Source of the DNA: Zygnema circumcarinatum SAG 698-1b
Lineage: Eukaryota; Plantae; Zygnematophyceae
Assembly: GCA_037447605.1 (NCBI GenBank)
Contig: CM074809.1
Span: forward strand, 4,020,689-4,084,688
Direction: 5' to 3'
DNA length: 64,000 nt
The notes under the pieces were generated by a model. The model ran no database searches, was not told the DNA's origin, and saw only the letters and a list, made by a program, of their open reading frames with translations. Made by a program: the position numbers and the translations under genes. Below, piece by piece: positions 33,283 to 46,200 of this stretch (position 1 is its first letter; each line of letters starts with the position of its first letter).

Positions 33283-35053
33283 CTACCGGGCCTCCTCCCC
33301 ATTCTGCGGCCGCCCATTGTAATGGTAGTGTCTTTCCCTCTCCCTCTCTTCTCTCCCTCCCCTTCTCTCCTGCCCCTGCACCCCCATGGCCTCCCTACAT
33401 ACCAATATGTGTCCTGACTTCCAGTCTCGTGCCTGACACGCCCGCGAACAGTAGCTGGGAACGGAACAGACCGCACAGCACCTGAACTCGTGGGGCTGAG
33501 TCTCCGGCCGGCCACACTTCAAATTCCCGCAGAGCTTCAGGCCCGGCTTGAGCCTCTTGCTGCCCTCCCCCCTAAACCACTCCAACAGGAAGCGGTTCCA
33601 GAGAGCCACCGGCTCCTCAGCAGCCGCGCCGCCATAGCTGCTCGCGAGGGGCCCCAAACAGTGGCTCAAACTATGGAGAATTTGCGCCAACTGAGTTGAG
33701 CTTCGTCCCGGACAGATGCTGCCATGGATCCCTCCTCCCCCTTCTCTCTCTTCCCCAGAAGATGGAGGAGGAGGGGAAGACGAAGAAGTAGACCCATCGC
33801 CCCTTGTGGTAACTACCCCCCCTCCCTCTCTCTCTCCCTCTCCCTCGTCCTCGCCCTCTCCCTCTCCCTCTCCCTCTCCACCCCCCGCCCCTGGAGCCGA
33901 CATTCTTGGCAACCGTCCCTCCGTTGGATGCACCTGTCCCAGCGCTCTCCCTCCCTCTCTCCCTCCCTCCCGCCTCCCACACTGCCTCCCCGAACACCCC
34001 AACTCAACCCTCCTCATCCCCTCCTGCAGCTGCGCCACGACTTCCGCCGCCGCCATGGGCAGCTTCCCTGCGCGCTCCGCCCCTCCCCCTCCGCTCCTCT
34101 GCGCGAACTCCCTCACATTGGCCTCCAGCAGGAGGCGCCGCCCCTCTGCCACGTGGCGGCGCACGCCATAGCCGTCCTGCAAGCAGTGGCCGAGCTCGCG
34201 GAGAGCCTCCACGTGTCCCTCCTGCGCGGCCACGGCCGCCAAGAGGACGCCGATCTGTAGGTTCCGTTCCGTCGCCATCAACCCGCTTCCGTTGAAGTTC
34301 ACGATGGCCAGCGCATAGAGCGCCTGCGCGTGGCCCTTAGAGGCCGCGGCGGAGAGCAGGCGAATGCCCTCCTGCCACGTGTCGAGGCAGTAGAACTCGA
34401 TCATGCCGAGGAGGCACTGGGCCTCCAGGTTGCCGCCACGTGCCACCTTGCGGAGGTAGGCGTGCGAGTGAGGACAAAACTGGCGAGCTCGCACGTGTAA
34501 GGCGTTGACTCCGAAGGTTTGCAGGACACGTGGCTCCGAGAAGACGGCGCGGAGGCGGCGGCAGGTCATGGAGGCGCTGATGACGTCAGCTGGGGAGGAG
34601 GCGCGGGCGGCGAGTTTGGTCATGATGCAGACGAGGACGTCATCCTGCGGAGCGAGGGGGCAGGAAATTAGAGTTCAGGGCCAGGGAAGGGCTCAAAAAT
34701 GCCGGGCGGCCGGCCGGGGTACAAGCTCAGAGGATTCAGGGTCAACGGATTTGGAGTGACTTGGTTCGTTTGATGTGAATGCGATGATGAGCACTCACCG
34801 GAAGATGATCCAACAGCACGCCTCCACCACCTGCGCTGATCACCGCCTCCACTCCTCCTCCTCCCTCTCTCCTCTCTCCCTTCATCTCTCCAGCAGCTAC
34901 CCCTCTGTCTCCCTCACCTTCCCTCTCCGCTCTCCCTCCCTCCATCTCCGTACTCAACGCCCTCCTCTTGCTCCTCTCTCTCTCCCTCTCCCAATCCCTC
35001 TCCCCCACCTCCCTCTCCCTCCTCCCCCTCTCCCTCCCTCCCTCCCTCCCCAT
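33283..35053 (-). CDS. F-box protein with SEL1-like helical repeats and a C-terminal MYND zinc finger (At1g67340-like), 2 exons
   Basis: Exons are 34799-35053 and 33283-34644. F-box: LLDHLP|DDVLVCIMTKL. Family motifs: GNLEAQCLLGMIEFYC, HAQALYALAIVNFNGSG, GHVEALRELGHCLQDGYGV. MYND: LCGNLKCGRPET..FRCCAVCSVPSYCSRACQARDWKSGHILVC. Confidence 0.92.
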
Positions 35054-37138
35054 CCCGCGCCCCCCCCCCGGCCCCCCTCCGCCCCCCTTAACTCCGCCGC
35101 CGAGCGGCCGGTCCAGCGCAGGACCCCAGATGGCCGGGAGGAACCGTACGGACGGCGGCCGCCCGGGCCGCCGTAACCGGAAGTTGACTTCCGCAGCTGC
35201 CGCGTGTCAGCACGGGAAGGCAGTCAGGGGATTGCAACAGCCTGGCATCGAATCATTTACCCGGAAAAGACAAATTCAGCACACGTAAATGTCGGTGGGT
35301 GCGATGTAACAGCGACACGTGGAAAGTGAGTCGATGGAAATGTCGGTGGTGTCGGCGCAAGAGTCAGGTGGGCGGCGGTCAGCTGAATGATTGCAAGAAG
35401 AGACAGAAATGATTGCTAGAGTGTACGAATGGGACTGGAGAGTTTGTCTTATTAGAGGGCTCGATCGGGCAAGCGAGGGAAGGGGCTCGCGCCGACAGTA
35501 ACGGACGGCGACCGCAGGCGGGCGGCCGAACATTGTCGCCTAGCGCGGAGATACGTATGTCGGTGGCGTGCAGGGCCGCGGCCGACCGAATCATATCCGG
35601 CCGTACAGGAGTCGCCAAGAGTTCCGAAAGAGCCGGTCGCGGCGTCCTTGGGAACTGGGCCGGGCGGATCGGGAAACCTCCTGGCCCCTAAATCGTGTCT
35701 TTTAGTCAGCGTCATCAGGAGATTTGGCGTAGCTCGTGAGCCAATGGAATCCGACACCGACATGGCTCAATCTTTCATTTGGAGAAAACGACAAAATATT
35801 ATGTCTGTTTTCAACAGTTGTCGTCCTAGACGACAAGCAGAGGGGTCCTGGGATCGGCGCCCGAATCTAAAGCCGGGCGGCATGTTCGTCCGTATTTAAG
35901 GTTTGGACGGCTGCAGTAATTGTAGTGTACGGTGACAGTTAAAGCGGGAGGGCCAAGGGAGACAAATTTGTACAGTTTGGTAAGCCAGTGGACTGTCCGT
36001 ACACGGGTCTTGCCGTTTGTACGGATTGCCTTCACTGAGGCCTGGTCCAGCAATCAAGGATGGCGCCGGCAACGAATAGGCCAAGTGGTAGCTGTACGTA
36101 CGGCTTGTCGCGACGTCCAATGGTGCTCGTACGATTTTGTCGGAATCCGGCGTCGCGTGTGCGCAATGATTGGAGGACCCGTTAGGGACCGGCCTCCATA
36201 GGCCGCCTGGAGGGGATAGCAGTAGGAAACAACGCTTTAGCGTTGGACAGTAACTGTTAGCTAGAGTCATAGAAAGTACGGTAAAGTCACAGTAGTTTGT
36301 CTGTGCCCCTATCGTTGTTTGAATGTGTACGTAGCTCCAAAGCCGCGACAAGTATTTGGTATTTCTGTCCCTGCTTGCGAGGCGCATAGTTTTTGGCGTT
36401 CACACTGAAACAAGGCCTATGGCTGCAAGTGGAAGTAAGGAGTCCGGACAAGGCATTGATTGGGAAAATGAGCCGGCCATGGCCATGGGGGGTAGTCACA
36501 TCCACTGCATGCATGGCCGTGAGGTGGATGTGACGGATGTCACGCTCGGCTTCACCATTGGAGCATACTGCAAGAGAGGAGGAAGGAGATAGCCTGCAGT
36601 AGCCAATGCCAATGCCAATGCGACTGTGAATGAGAACAATCGAATGAAGTTCCGGCAACAAGATGAAGGCGGAGACATCGCCATGCGAGCAAACAATGGC
36701 ACTAAAACAAGAACAGCACAAAACAACAAACGGAAGAAACGAGGCCCTCAGACGAGGCTCATAGCACACGGACAGAAACAAGCGCGTGCACAGAAGCCAT
36801 TCAAGAGTGTGTGCTTTCCTCCGCTATGTACAACCACACACTGCTGATGTTACATGTGATGCCTCGCAAGGACTTGCAGCCGATGCCGTAAGCAAGAGAT
36901 AGCGAGAGAGAGAGAGAGAGACAGAGAGAGAGAGGGAGAGAGAGAGACGCTAGCGACTGGTCAATCCAATTCTCTAATACTCCTGCAGTTCAACTGATGC
37001 GACTACTTAACTATGGAACAGAAGAAAAGAGGAAAAGAATGAAAAAACTTGTTGGTCGTGAGAAAATTGATTCGCTTCTTGTGGTCTTCCTGCTCTGTCA
37101 AAACTGTAAAAACGATAAACCGTCGCCAAAAAACGAGG

Positions 37139-38907
37139 TTATGCAGAAGGCAGAGTCTCCATGTGGTCCGGCTGCTGCTGTTGCTCTCCCACAGGGTTTC
37201 CATGTACTCGGAATCGGTATATACAAGTGTGCGTGGGACTTCCGTGGTTTGAAAGCACACGAAGGCGGACAGCGCCAATTGCTTCACGCCTCGCCCCCTC
37301 TGTGACTGGAAAGGTCTGTACACGCCTCCCCTTGATGCTGTAGGAAAATTTGGCAAGCAGAACACGGCCCTCGGGACCTTCAACTTTACTATGTTGACGC
37401 CATCCCAGCACCTCCACATCTTTAGGTGCACTGCGCATTTCGAATGACACACTCTGGAAAATAGAGTGCCAGGGGAAACGGATCAAAAAGCTTCTCATGT
37501 ATGGCGGAGAGCAGTCAATGAGGAGCAAGGGCACAACAGATGACGATGCAATACAAGTCAAAAATCTGAGGGAAGCTTCTAGAAGAGGCTGACCTCATGA
37601 TGACAAGGCTTCTAAATGCAATGTACGCCTAAGGAAGGAAGGAAGCCTGCCTACCTTCTAGATGCGACTTCAACTCTATCACAGGCATGGTAACAGATTT
37701 TCCACTTTCACCTCATGTATACATTAAAGATTACAAACTATGATTTACGTGCCCAATTGCTCACCTCTGCAACATGCTCCAACGTGACGGCTGTTGCAAT
37801 TATGGTCGTCCGTAATGCAATATCGATTGTTCCGTTGCTTCCCTTCAAGGGAAGACACTCTCCCGGAACACCAGCACTGCGCTGCACCACTTTACTGGCG
37901 GAGGGATGCAGATGGCTCTGTCCAAGAATTGCCCCTAAACCTAACTTGTACAATGTCAAGCGCTTCGTTTCCACCACTTCAGAGTGCCCTAGGAGCCTGG
38001 CTCCTCCACTCGCCAGAGCATAGTCAGGCAGCCCAACATCGTCAGCAGCACGTCGTTCAAATTGCTCTTCCAAAAGGCTCCTTGCAAGCTTCCGAACATC
38101 TTCAAGAGTAACCTTTTCACTGAGCCCCTGGAGAGCCCGCTCAGTCATTGCCACATCCACAAGTTCCATGATCTCCTTCTTCACATTGGGCAACGCATTA
38201 GCGATTGTCTCCTTCAGTAAAGGGTCAAATCCTTCCAAACGCTGCGCAAATTTATCCAAACGAGCATTGTTTTTCTCCAACGAATTTTCAACCCTGGCCA
38301 CTCGCACTCCCAGTTTCTCAAATTCCGCACTTGCTGCCTTCTCCTGCTTCTCCATTCGGACTTTGAGTCCATTCATCACACTGTTCGCTGCATCAATCTG
38401 AACTTGAACCTTCTGCACCATCGAATGCACCTGGCCTTCCAGATGGTCCACGTTCCGTCCTCCCTCATTCCAACTGATGAAAATGTGCGTCAAGAAGCCC
38501 GCGACAACCAACGTGGTCAGCATTGACACCATAGGATGCTGGATGACGTCACTCATAAACCATTTTCTTGATGGAGCTCCCTTCTCTCTTAGACTCGTCC
38601 TTCTCTCCCGACGAGAACCAAACAAAAGGGGCAACCAGCGCCTCCTCTGACGCGATTCACCCTCTTGGCCGCCAGCTGGATAGTTGCCATGTATAGCTTC
38701 TGCGACAACTTCTTCAACCGGAGCATCTCCGCCAGCGCTGAGAGGTTCATATGTTTCTTTTCTCGCAGACTTCGGAGCCGCGGAAGCTGCTATGGCGTCG
38801 GCAGCAGCCTCTGCAGAGGCTCTAGAAGTACTTGCTCGCCGCCTCTGACGAGGAGCAGCCGTTCCAGAGGGAGGAACCACTGCTCCAGGAGTGAGAGCGG
38901 CAGCCAT
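37139..38907 (-). CDS. SUN: C-terminal SUN-domain protein (SUN1/SUN2 type, LINC complex), 2 exons
   Basis: Exons are 37765-38907 and 37139-37453. There is a basic N-terminus, one TM segment (MVSMLTTLVVAGFLTHIFISW) and a coiled coil. The SUN domain reads DYALASGGARLLGHS..PGECLPLKGSNG..IIATAVTLEHVAE|SVSFEMRSAPKD..LRVLSNHGSPTHTCIYRFRVHG. Confidence 0.95.
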
Positions 38908-40234
38908 GACTTGCTCAGGAAGAAGCTGCTCTTCCTCCTCTCTCCCAGCCTTTCTCTTGTCCTCCCAAACTCTGACGCGCTTCCTGCACGAGCGAACGTT
39001 CTGACGCGAGCTGAAAAAATCCGAGTCCTCTCACAGAATTCTGATTCACGCTACCGAACAACCTTAACACAAAAGTGTTTCTTAAGCTGATGACGAGCAC
39101 TTTACATTGGCTGTGAACGAGTGAAACGTTTCTTTACTTCTTAAACAAACAATTTACTGGCGTTAGCGTCATTAGATTAGAAACGAGTACAAGAAGAAAT
39201 ATCGTAATCCTGAGAGAGCAACACAGAGGGAGGGAGGGAGGGAGGAAGGGAGGCCGCAGAGCCCCCACGCCTCCAAGAGGGAGAGGGAGAGCGAAGCTGC
39301 AACGGCTCCTAGGCGCCCTTCCTGTCAAGTCGTGACACATGTCCTCTCAGTTGCGTGCGGCGTCGATGATATCAATTACGGAGGGCCAGAAATCGCGTAA
39401 ATGCACGCAAGTACAACCTTTCGGATTCCACAAAAGTGAACTTTCGAACTTTCAAAAACAGATGGTAAACAAACGTGACCTGTTCTTCGTGGTTTCTCCC
39501 ATCATGATGATGATTTTGCATGTACATCTGTTTGATGGCATCATCGTCGCCATCCATCATGAGGTCAATCAATGCCGCATCATTTCGAACTTTTTGACAC
39601 GGCCCATCGCGAGGATTGGCGGCGGCGGTTTGGGGGCGACATAGCGGGTTGTCGACGGAGGTCGCCGCTCCGCCGCCTCGAAAATGTAAGCAGGGAGCAG
39701 AGGAGAGGCGTGCAAGCTGGTTTTGGATGTTTTGAGACTGGGGAAGTGATCCCGAGTTTTGAGTTTCTGCAACTCTTCTGAAAGAACAGCAGCAGACAGG
39801 AAACCCTAAAGAGCCGGAAGGCAGTCTGCGACTGCATAGCAGCTCAAAACACAATCCTCTTTAGTCATATTTTTTTGTTGAATATTGAATTTTGTCTGCT
39901 TGATCTGTTGATTGTTCCAATTTGTCATCTGCTCGTCTCTCACAAACTACCACCTTCATGCACACGTAAGCTCCACACAGGGCTCAGGAATACTATCACT
40001 TATCTCATCTCATCTCATCTCATCTCTGAAATGTAAAAATGATACACCGAAAACCAGTCTTATTTCCCAAAATCTGCTTCCCATGCTCAACGCCAGCGCA
40101 CCTGCTCAACGCCGTTCCGTCAGCCACTACGGTCCCATGAATCTATACACAGATCTTATCGCCCTCCAACCTTTACCACCCCCACCCTTACTACCAAGCT
40201 ACCCCTCCACCATTTGTCACAATCCCAGGAGCCC

Positions 40235-43200
40235 TCATCTCCTCTGAAAGTTCAAGTACTTCACTCCTGCGGCGTAGACTCCCCAGAAGAGAAGGACGAA
40301 GCCTACTAGAACGGCAGCCACGACTCCAAGGAGGTAGTGGTGGAAACCAAAATAGGAGGAGATGAAGCTGTCCACTGTTGTCGAGGTCCCGTCCAAAGCA
40401 ATGAAAGTGGTTTCCACATCCCCAAGCTGCGATGAAATGAGGCCGTACAGAGTCCACGCCACGGGGCTGATCCAGTAATACCACACCCACCAACCCGGAA
40501 TTTGCTGCACAAGAGAGGGACAAGAACAAACCCAGCATTTTTTTCAGGCTTTCAGTCTTGAAGAAGACGTTTGATGAGGGAGAGGAAGGAATGAAAGAGG
40601 ATGCAAAGGCACAATAGTGGTTAATCAGTGGAACTTAGATCCCAATACTAATCCTGCCGTTCTGAACCCTAACATCTGACACTAGAAAGAGGAGACGAGG
40701 ACGAATGAGGGCGGGTTGGCAAAACGTACCGGGCGAGGAATGAGGAAGCCAGAAAACAAGTTCCATATTGAATAGAAGGCGGAAGAAATCACTGCTGCAA
40801 GGTTCTGGTTGGGCGTAATCGCCACTGCCATCATTCCATAGAATGTGAAGTACATGAATGTTAAGAACATGAATAGAGTGTACCAGAAGAATTTAGGGGC
40901 AGTCCATTCGAACTGAATCATAGAATACGTGATGCCGGCGTACACGATAGTTTGGAATAGTACATACGGAAATTCAATGAGTCCCTGTTCATAACAAAGG
41001 AAGGAAGGACACAATGTTAAGCGAAGAAAAGAGGGTGGGGTGGCTGGAGAGACACAAGTCAAGAACTTATCTAGTTCTTCACCTCACAATGGGTGGGGTT
41101 ATCGACTTTTTCGAAAGTAAGAATGAGCAAGCAAAACGTAAAAAGCAAGTGACGAAGTGAGCTCCTGTAACAGACAACACACGGGTGGTTAAAATAACTC
41201 TTAAACATGGCGAGGGTTTTCCTTACCTGTGCAATTGCGTACGGAAGGGGGGAGTACATCCCAGCCGCCCTCTCCCTATAAAAGACGGTTCGTTCCACAG
41301 ACACAACAGGCTGTACGGTCGAGGAGTTATTGACTCCAATAAACAAAACTGCTGCATATAGCGCGCCCATAACATTGAAAACCTCCTGATAAGTGCCTCT
41401 GCAGGAAAGTACATATAAATATGAATCAATACAAGCGTCGTTACAGTAATAGTATTTCGCCCATTTCAATGATTTGTAACCTCATGATTTCTTGAACTCT
41501 CTTTGGCCTCCATTCCCGTCCGACATATCTCCCTCTACCTTTCGCCAGTTTTCGTCAGATTTCTCGCCCCTCCCTTCCGACACACCTTTCGCTCTCTCCC
41601 TTCCCCCCCTCCCCCCACTCTCTCTCTCCTCTCACTAGTCAAGGCTTGGAAGCCGAAACCTACCTCCGTTTGCCATACCCCCAGAAGATGGTGCCGAAGA
41701 TGATAGCGCAAATTTGAGTAAAGAAAAAGTTGATCGCTTTGTATTGCGGAGTCCGCCAGTACGTCCAATGGTTCTTCCATAGGCACGCCATAACCTGCGC
41801 AAAGAAGCTCTGGGAATATTGGGTGGGAAAGGAGAGATCTTCATGGCCGGAGGGAGGCCTACTCAATTCCTCTATCATTCTCTCCCCCTGCCTGCACATT
41901 TCCACAACACGAAAAAGTGGGTTAAAAACCCAGAAAACAAAGCGTCTTTCGCTGTTTGAATATAGGAAGAAGTTTCACAGTCGATAAAGAGGAAACTAAG
42001 GTTTGAGCAAGAAGGCAAGAAAGCTGCGTACTTGTACAGCTGAGACTTTCGGAAAATTTCGGCAAAATCGGCTCCGATTCGCTGTTCGTATGCAGGTGTG
42101 GTGATTTCTAGCATCCACGTGGCAGGATTATAGCCTTCCTTGATTGGCGGGACCCCCGGAATCGCCTGCAATGTAAAACCATCAACAACAGAAAAAAATG
42201 CGACAATGGTTACAAAACAACAGGCAGTATCTTGGCTCCCGAACAAGGCATGAAGTTCCTGCCCCCCCTAAGAAAATAAAATTTTGTGCTTTCAATTAAG
42301 CAAAGATCTTTGTGCGATTTTTTTTTCTGACCTGAAAGTAGTCAACAAGGATGGCTGAACGCTCGCCAAGAGGACCCGTATATATGACTTGACCTCCTCG
42401 CTTCATGAGAAGAAGCTGCACAACGAAACCACTGAGAGTGTGAAACAGCAGACGGAAGAACGGATAACAACGGATACAAGGACCCTAACCATCAACCTCT
42501 CTCTCTCCCTGTACTATCAAAACACTACTGTCAAAACACAACAATGCCTGCTCCTTGCTTCTCGCTTTCCTACCCTTGTCCATAAAAAGGAAAAGAATGA
42601 AAATCCCTGTCTATCTCTATCTCCCTCCCCCCTCTCTCCCTCCCTACTCCCTACCTCATCAAACGTTTCGAAGATGTCAATGCTTGGCTGATGAATAGTG
42701 CACACAACAGTGCGGCCCGTGTCAACTGTGTTCCGAACCGTTCTCATTACGATGGCGGCTGCTCGCGCGTCCAAACCGGAGGTGGGCTCGTCCATGAACA
42801 CAACGGAGGGGTTCGCCACAAGCTCAACTGCAATGGTCAGCCTCTTTCTCTGCTCCGTAGAGAGGCCGGAAATGCCCGGAAGCCCAACAAGGGCATTCCG
42901 CAAAGAGGTCAGCTCCACCAGCTCCATAACTTCCTCTATGAATCGCTGGGAAAGGGAGAGAGAGCAGAGAGTGCATCACTGTCAGTCTTGATAGAATGAG
43001 ATGCTGCTCTCTCTTTCTTTCTCTCTTTCTCGCTTCCTTAATCCTGCTCTATCTTTTCTTCTCGTCTCACATGCGCGTACTTTACTGCATGTACTAAACT
43101 TTTCACGCAGCAAGTGCAAAAAATGGCAGGAGAACAAAGGGGGGGATGGGGAGGGCAGGGGAAGGACGGAATGGGGGATACAGGTCGGAAGGAGAGGGAG

Positions 43201-46200
43201 GGAGAGAGGCAAGAAGAGGAGAGGGAGAGCCAACCTTGCGTGTAGCAGCATCAACCTCCGCCGGTAAGCGGAGCCAAGCCGAGTAAAAGAGCGACTCGTA
43301 GACTGTCACTTGGGGAGAGTGGATATCAGTCTGCTCGCAGTAGCCTGCCACACGTGCGAACGTTTCCTGCTTTTTTGGATATCCAGACACTCTTATATCC
43401 CCCTCAATATAGCCCCCCGTCTTCCGGCCCGCCAAAACATCCATCAGAGTTGTTTTTCCCGCCCCTGAAATTCCCACAAGGGCTGTGAGAATTCCGGGTC
43501 TGAATGCCCCCGAAACATTTCGCAGAAGTTGAAGGCGATCCTCTGAAGTTCCTTGGCTCTTCATTTCCTGCAAATGTAAGAGATAAAAAAACTTATATCA
43601 CTTATACTACTACTTATATTAAAGGGTATTAGAAAGAAGCATTTTTCGTGAAACCCAATTGAGCTGCAGAAAAAAGGCGGTTAAAAATGGTGAAGGAGAA
43701 TAAAATACCGGAGGCATGTCCACATAGTAATTCACGTCGTGGAAGGACAGGGCAAGGGGCTGAAATGGTAAAATCATCCCTTTTTTAACAGGCTCCATGC
43801 TCTCCCTGTCTTCATGTTCTACGCCTCTCCCATTCTCCATGTGAGCAGCGGATAGCTCCACCTCTCTAGCGGATTCATCGGTAGTTTTCCCACTCCTTCT
43901 GCCCGTCACTTGTTTTCTAGTCGCATTGCCGTTCATAGCGGCATCTTTTTTGTTAACGTGTTGTGGCCCTATTGGAGGAGCTTCTCCAGTTCTATTGGCA
44001 TGCTTTTCAGCAATAGCTTCTTCAGAAAGGATGACCTGAGACTTTCCGAGTGCTGAAACATACACAATGCCCCGATAGGCCATAGACCATACATTAGAGA
44101 ATAGCAACTAAAACTTCCTAGTACGATAGTCACCACGATTGGGCAGCCTCAAGTTCAATCTCTGGTTCCTGCTCTGTAAAAAAAAGAAAAGCAAGGGGAC
44201 TGTTTGCTGGAAATAAGTGGTTCTTACGCTGAAGATACTGCAGAGCAATATTTGCGAGAACGTTGAAAAGGATGGAGTACAGGAAGAGCACGGCTATTCC
44301 GAGCCAATACCACCAGTCTTCTGTGGGAATGCTGCGATTAATAAGAACAGCATCCCCTAAAGTCTGCCCTTGTACGCTCTGCATGAAAAAAAAAACAAAG
44401 AAATGGACCGAATTAGGCTGACTTAAAACTGAAAAGCTTTAGCTAACAGGCGGCGGACATCTCAAGAACTGATCGAAAGGGCATCCATCCCGAAGAGTGG
44501 AAAGGGAGGAGGGAGGACAGACGAGGGGGGGAAGAGAGAGAGATGGGGGTAGAGATAGAGAAAGAGAGAGAGGGAGAGCGAGAGAGAGAGAGGAGGGGGG
44601 GAGGGCGAGAGAGAGCGAGAGAGGATTCACTGCTCATACCTGATCCCTCCAGCGTTCAGCTGTGAATTCATTGACAGCAATCGCGTTTTGACCGTACGAG
44701 AGGGGAGAGATCCAATAACCCCAAATCCACCAAGGATGAATGTCACCTGCGTCGAAGAAAAACGTTCCAATTTGAAATTCCTTTCTTTTTTCAGATTCTC
44801 CCAAACTGAGCCACATGCACAATACTAGAGCTCAGGGGATGTGAAAGCCTACGCTTTGCGACGATGAAGCCTCCGAGAAGGAAGACCACAAGAATGGAAA
44901 ATGAACCGAAGGTATTCGCCACAACCATATTTCTCCCTAAGGCTCCGATGAACCGGAACAGGCCCAAAGCCATTTGATGAACGAAGAACAACAATAACAA
45001 GTGCCGAAAGAATCTGCACAAACAAAAGGTTGGCAACATGACATCACTTAGACATTCCGAAACAATGCAAAAATAGCATCCGGCTAGTATTCAACTAATC
45101 GCATTAATAAAGGGCGACTTGGCACGTGCCTTCCGGGAGCTGGAGAGAAGCCGATGACATAGTAAGTCATGCAGGTCCATATTACAGCTTCGATAATAGA
45201 ATAGGGCAGACGGAGGACCCAAGTGGGGATGGAATAGGCCCATGCAGGATAGAAGAAGTCATCCCTTTGCTTGTAGAAAATGCCAAGACGAGAAACTGTA
45301 ATCGACATTTCCGCGAATCCGTTGAACATCATGTGAATTAGAGCAAAGAACAGGGCTCCCAAGTAAATGTTTCCATTGTTGAGACTGTCCGGACTCAGAG
45401 TAGTCCGGAAAAAAAGGGTCATGGTGATGAAGGCGACGACTGCCACCTGGCAGGTCTTAAAAATGTACAAAAAGCGGTCTCTCTTCATGAGTGTCCATTC
45501 CCTCTGCATGCAGGCTTTGAATAGATCCCAGTTCTTAAGGGCGTATTTGTCCTTCACTAAGGAGCCTGAACCGCATTTTTTGGAGTCATGAAAGGGTTTG
45601 GCCAGCTCTTCTGCCATCTGCTTTCCCACCTCGGATTCCTGAAAGGCATCAGAAAAGGCCATGACTGGAACATACTTGTAGGGGGCGTCTTTCTTAGCCC
45701 AATACTGCTCTTGGTCCTTCATAGAAGTCACCTGCCATATCAGATCAGAGAAATCACAACAACCAGCATCAGCCAGAAACAGAGGGTGAGACGTTCGTTC
45801 GTGAGAAGGAGAGAGAGAGAGGAGAGAGGAGAAAGGAGGGAGAGGGGCAAGTTTCCAGTTCACGGAGACAAATAGTCATGCGCCGATATGGTCTGCCAAA
45901 GAGAAATTCGGTTTTTACTTCAATTTTGCATCGAATTTTGGCCCACCTCTTGTAGGAAGTCGGCAATGCCCTTTCGAGGAGGGCAGTAGAATCCCACGCT
46001 CTCAAAAAACTCCAAAACTTGTTCTCTAGGTCCGTGATACACAACGTGCCCTTCCGACAACAGAAGCACATCGTCAAAGAGTTCAAATGTTTCTGGGGCA
46101 GGTTGCAGCAGAGCCATCAGAATTGTACCCTTCAAAATGTGCGAAAAGTTTCCGAGACATTTCACGATTTGGTAAGTGGTTGAGCTGTCCAGGCCAGTCG

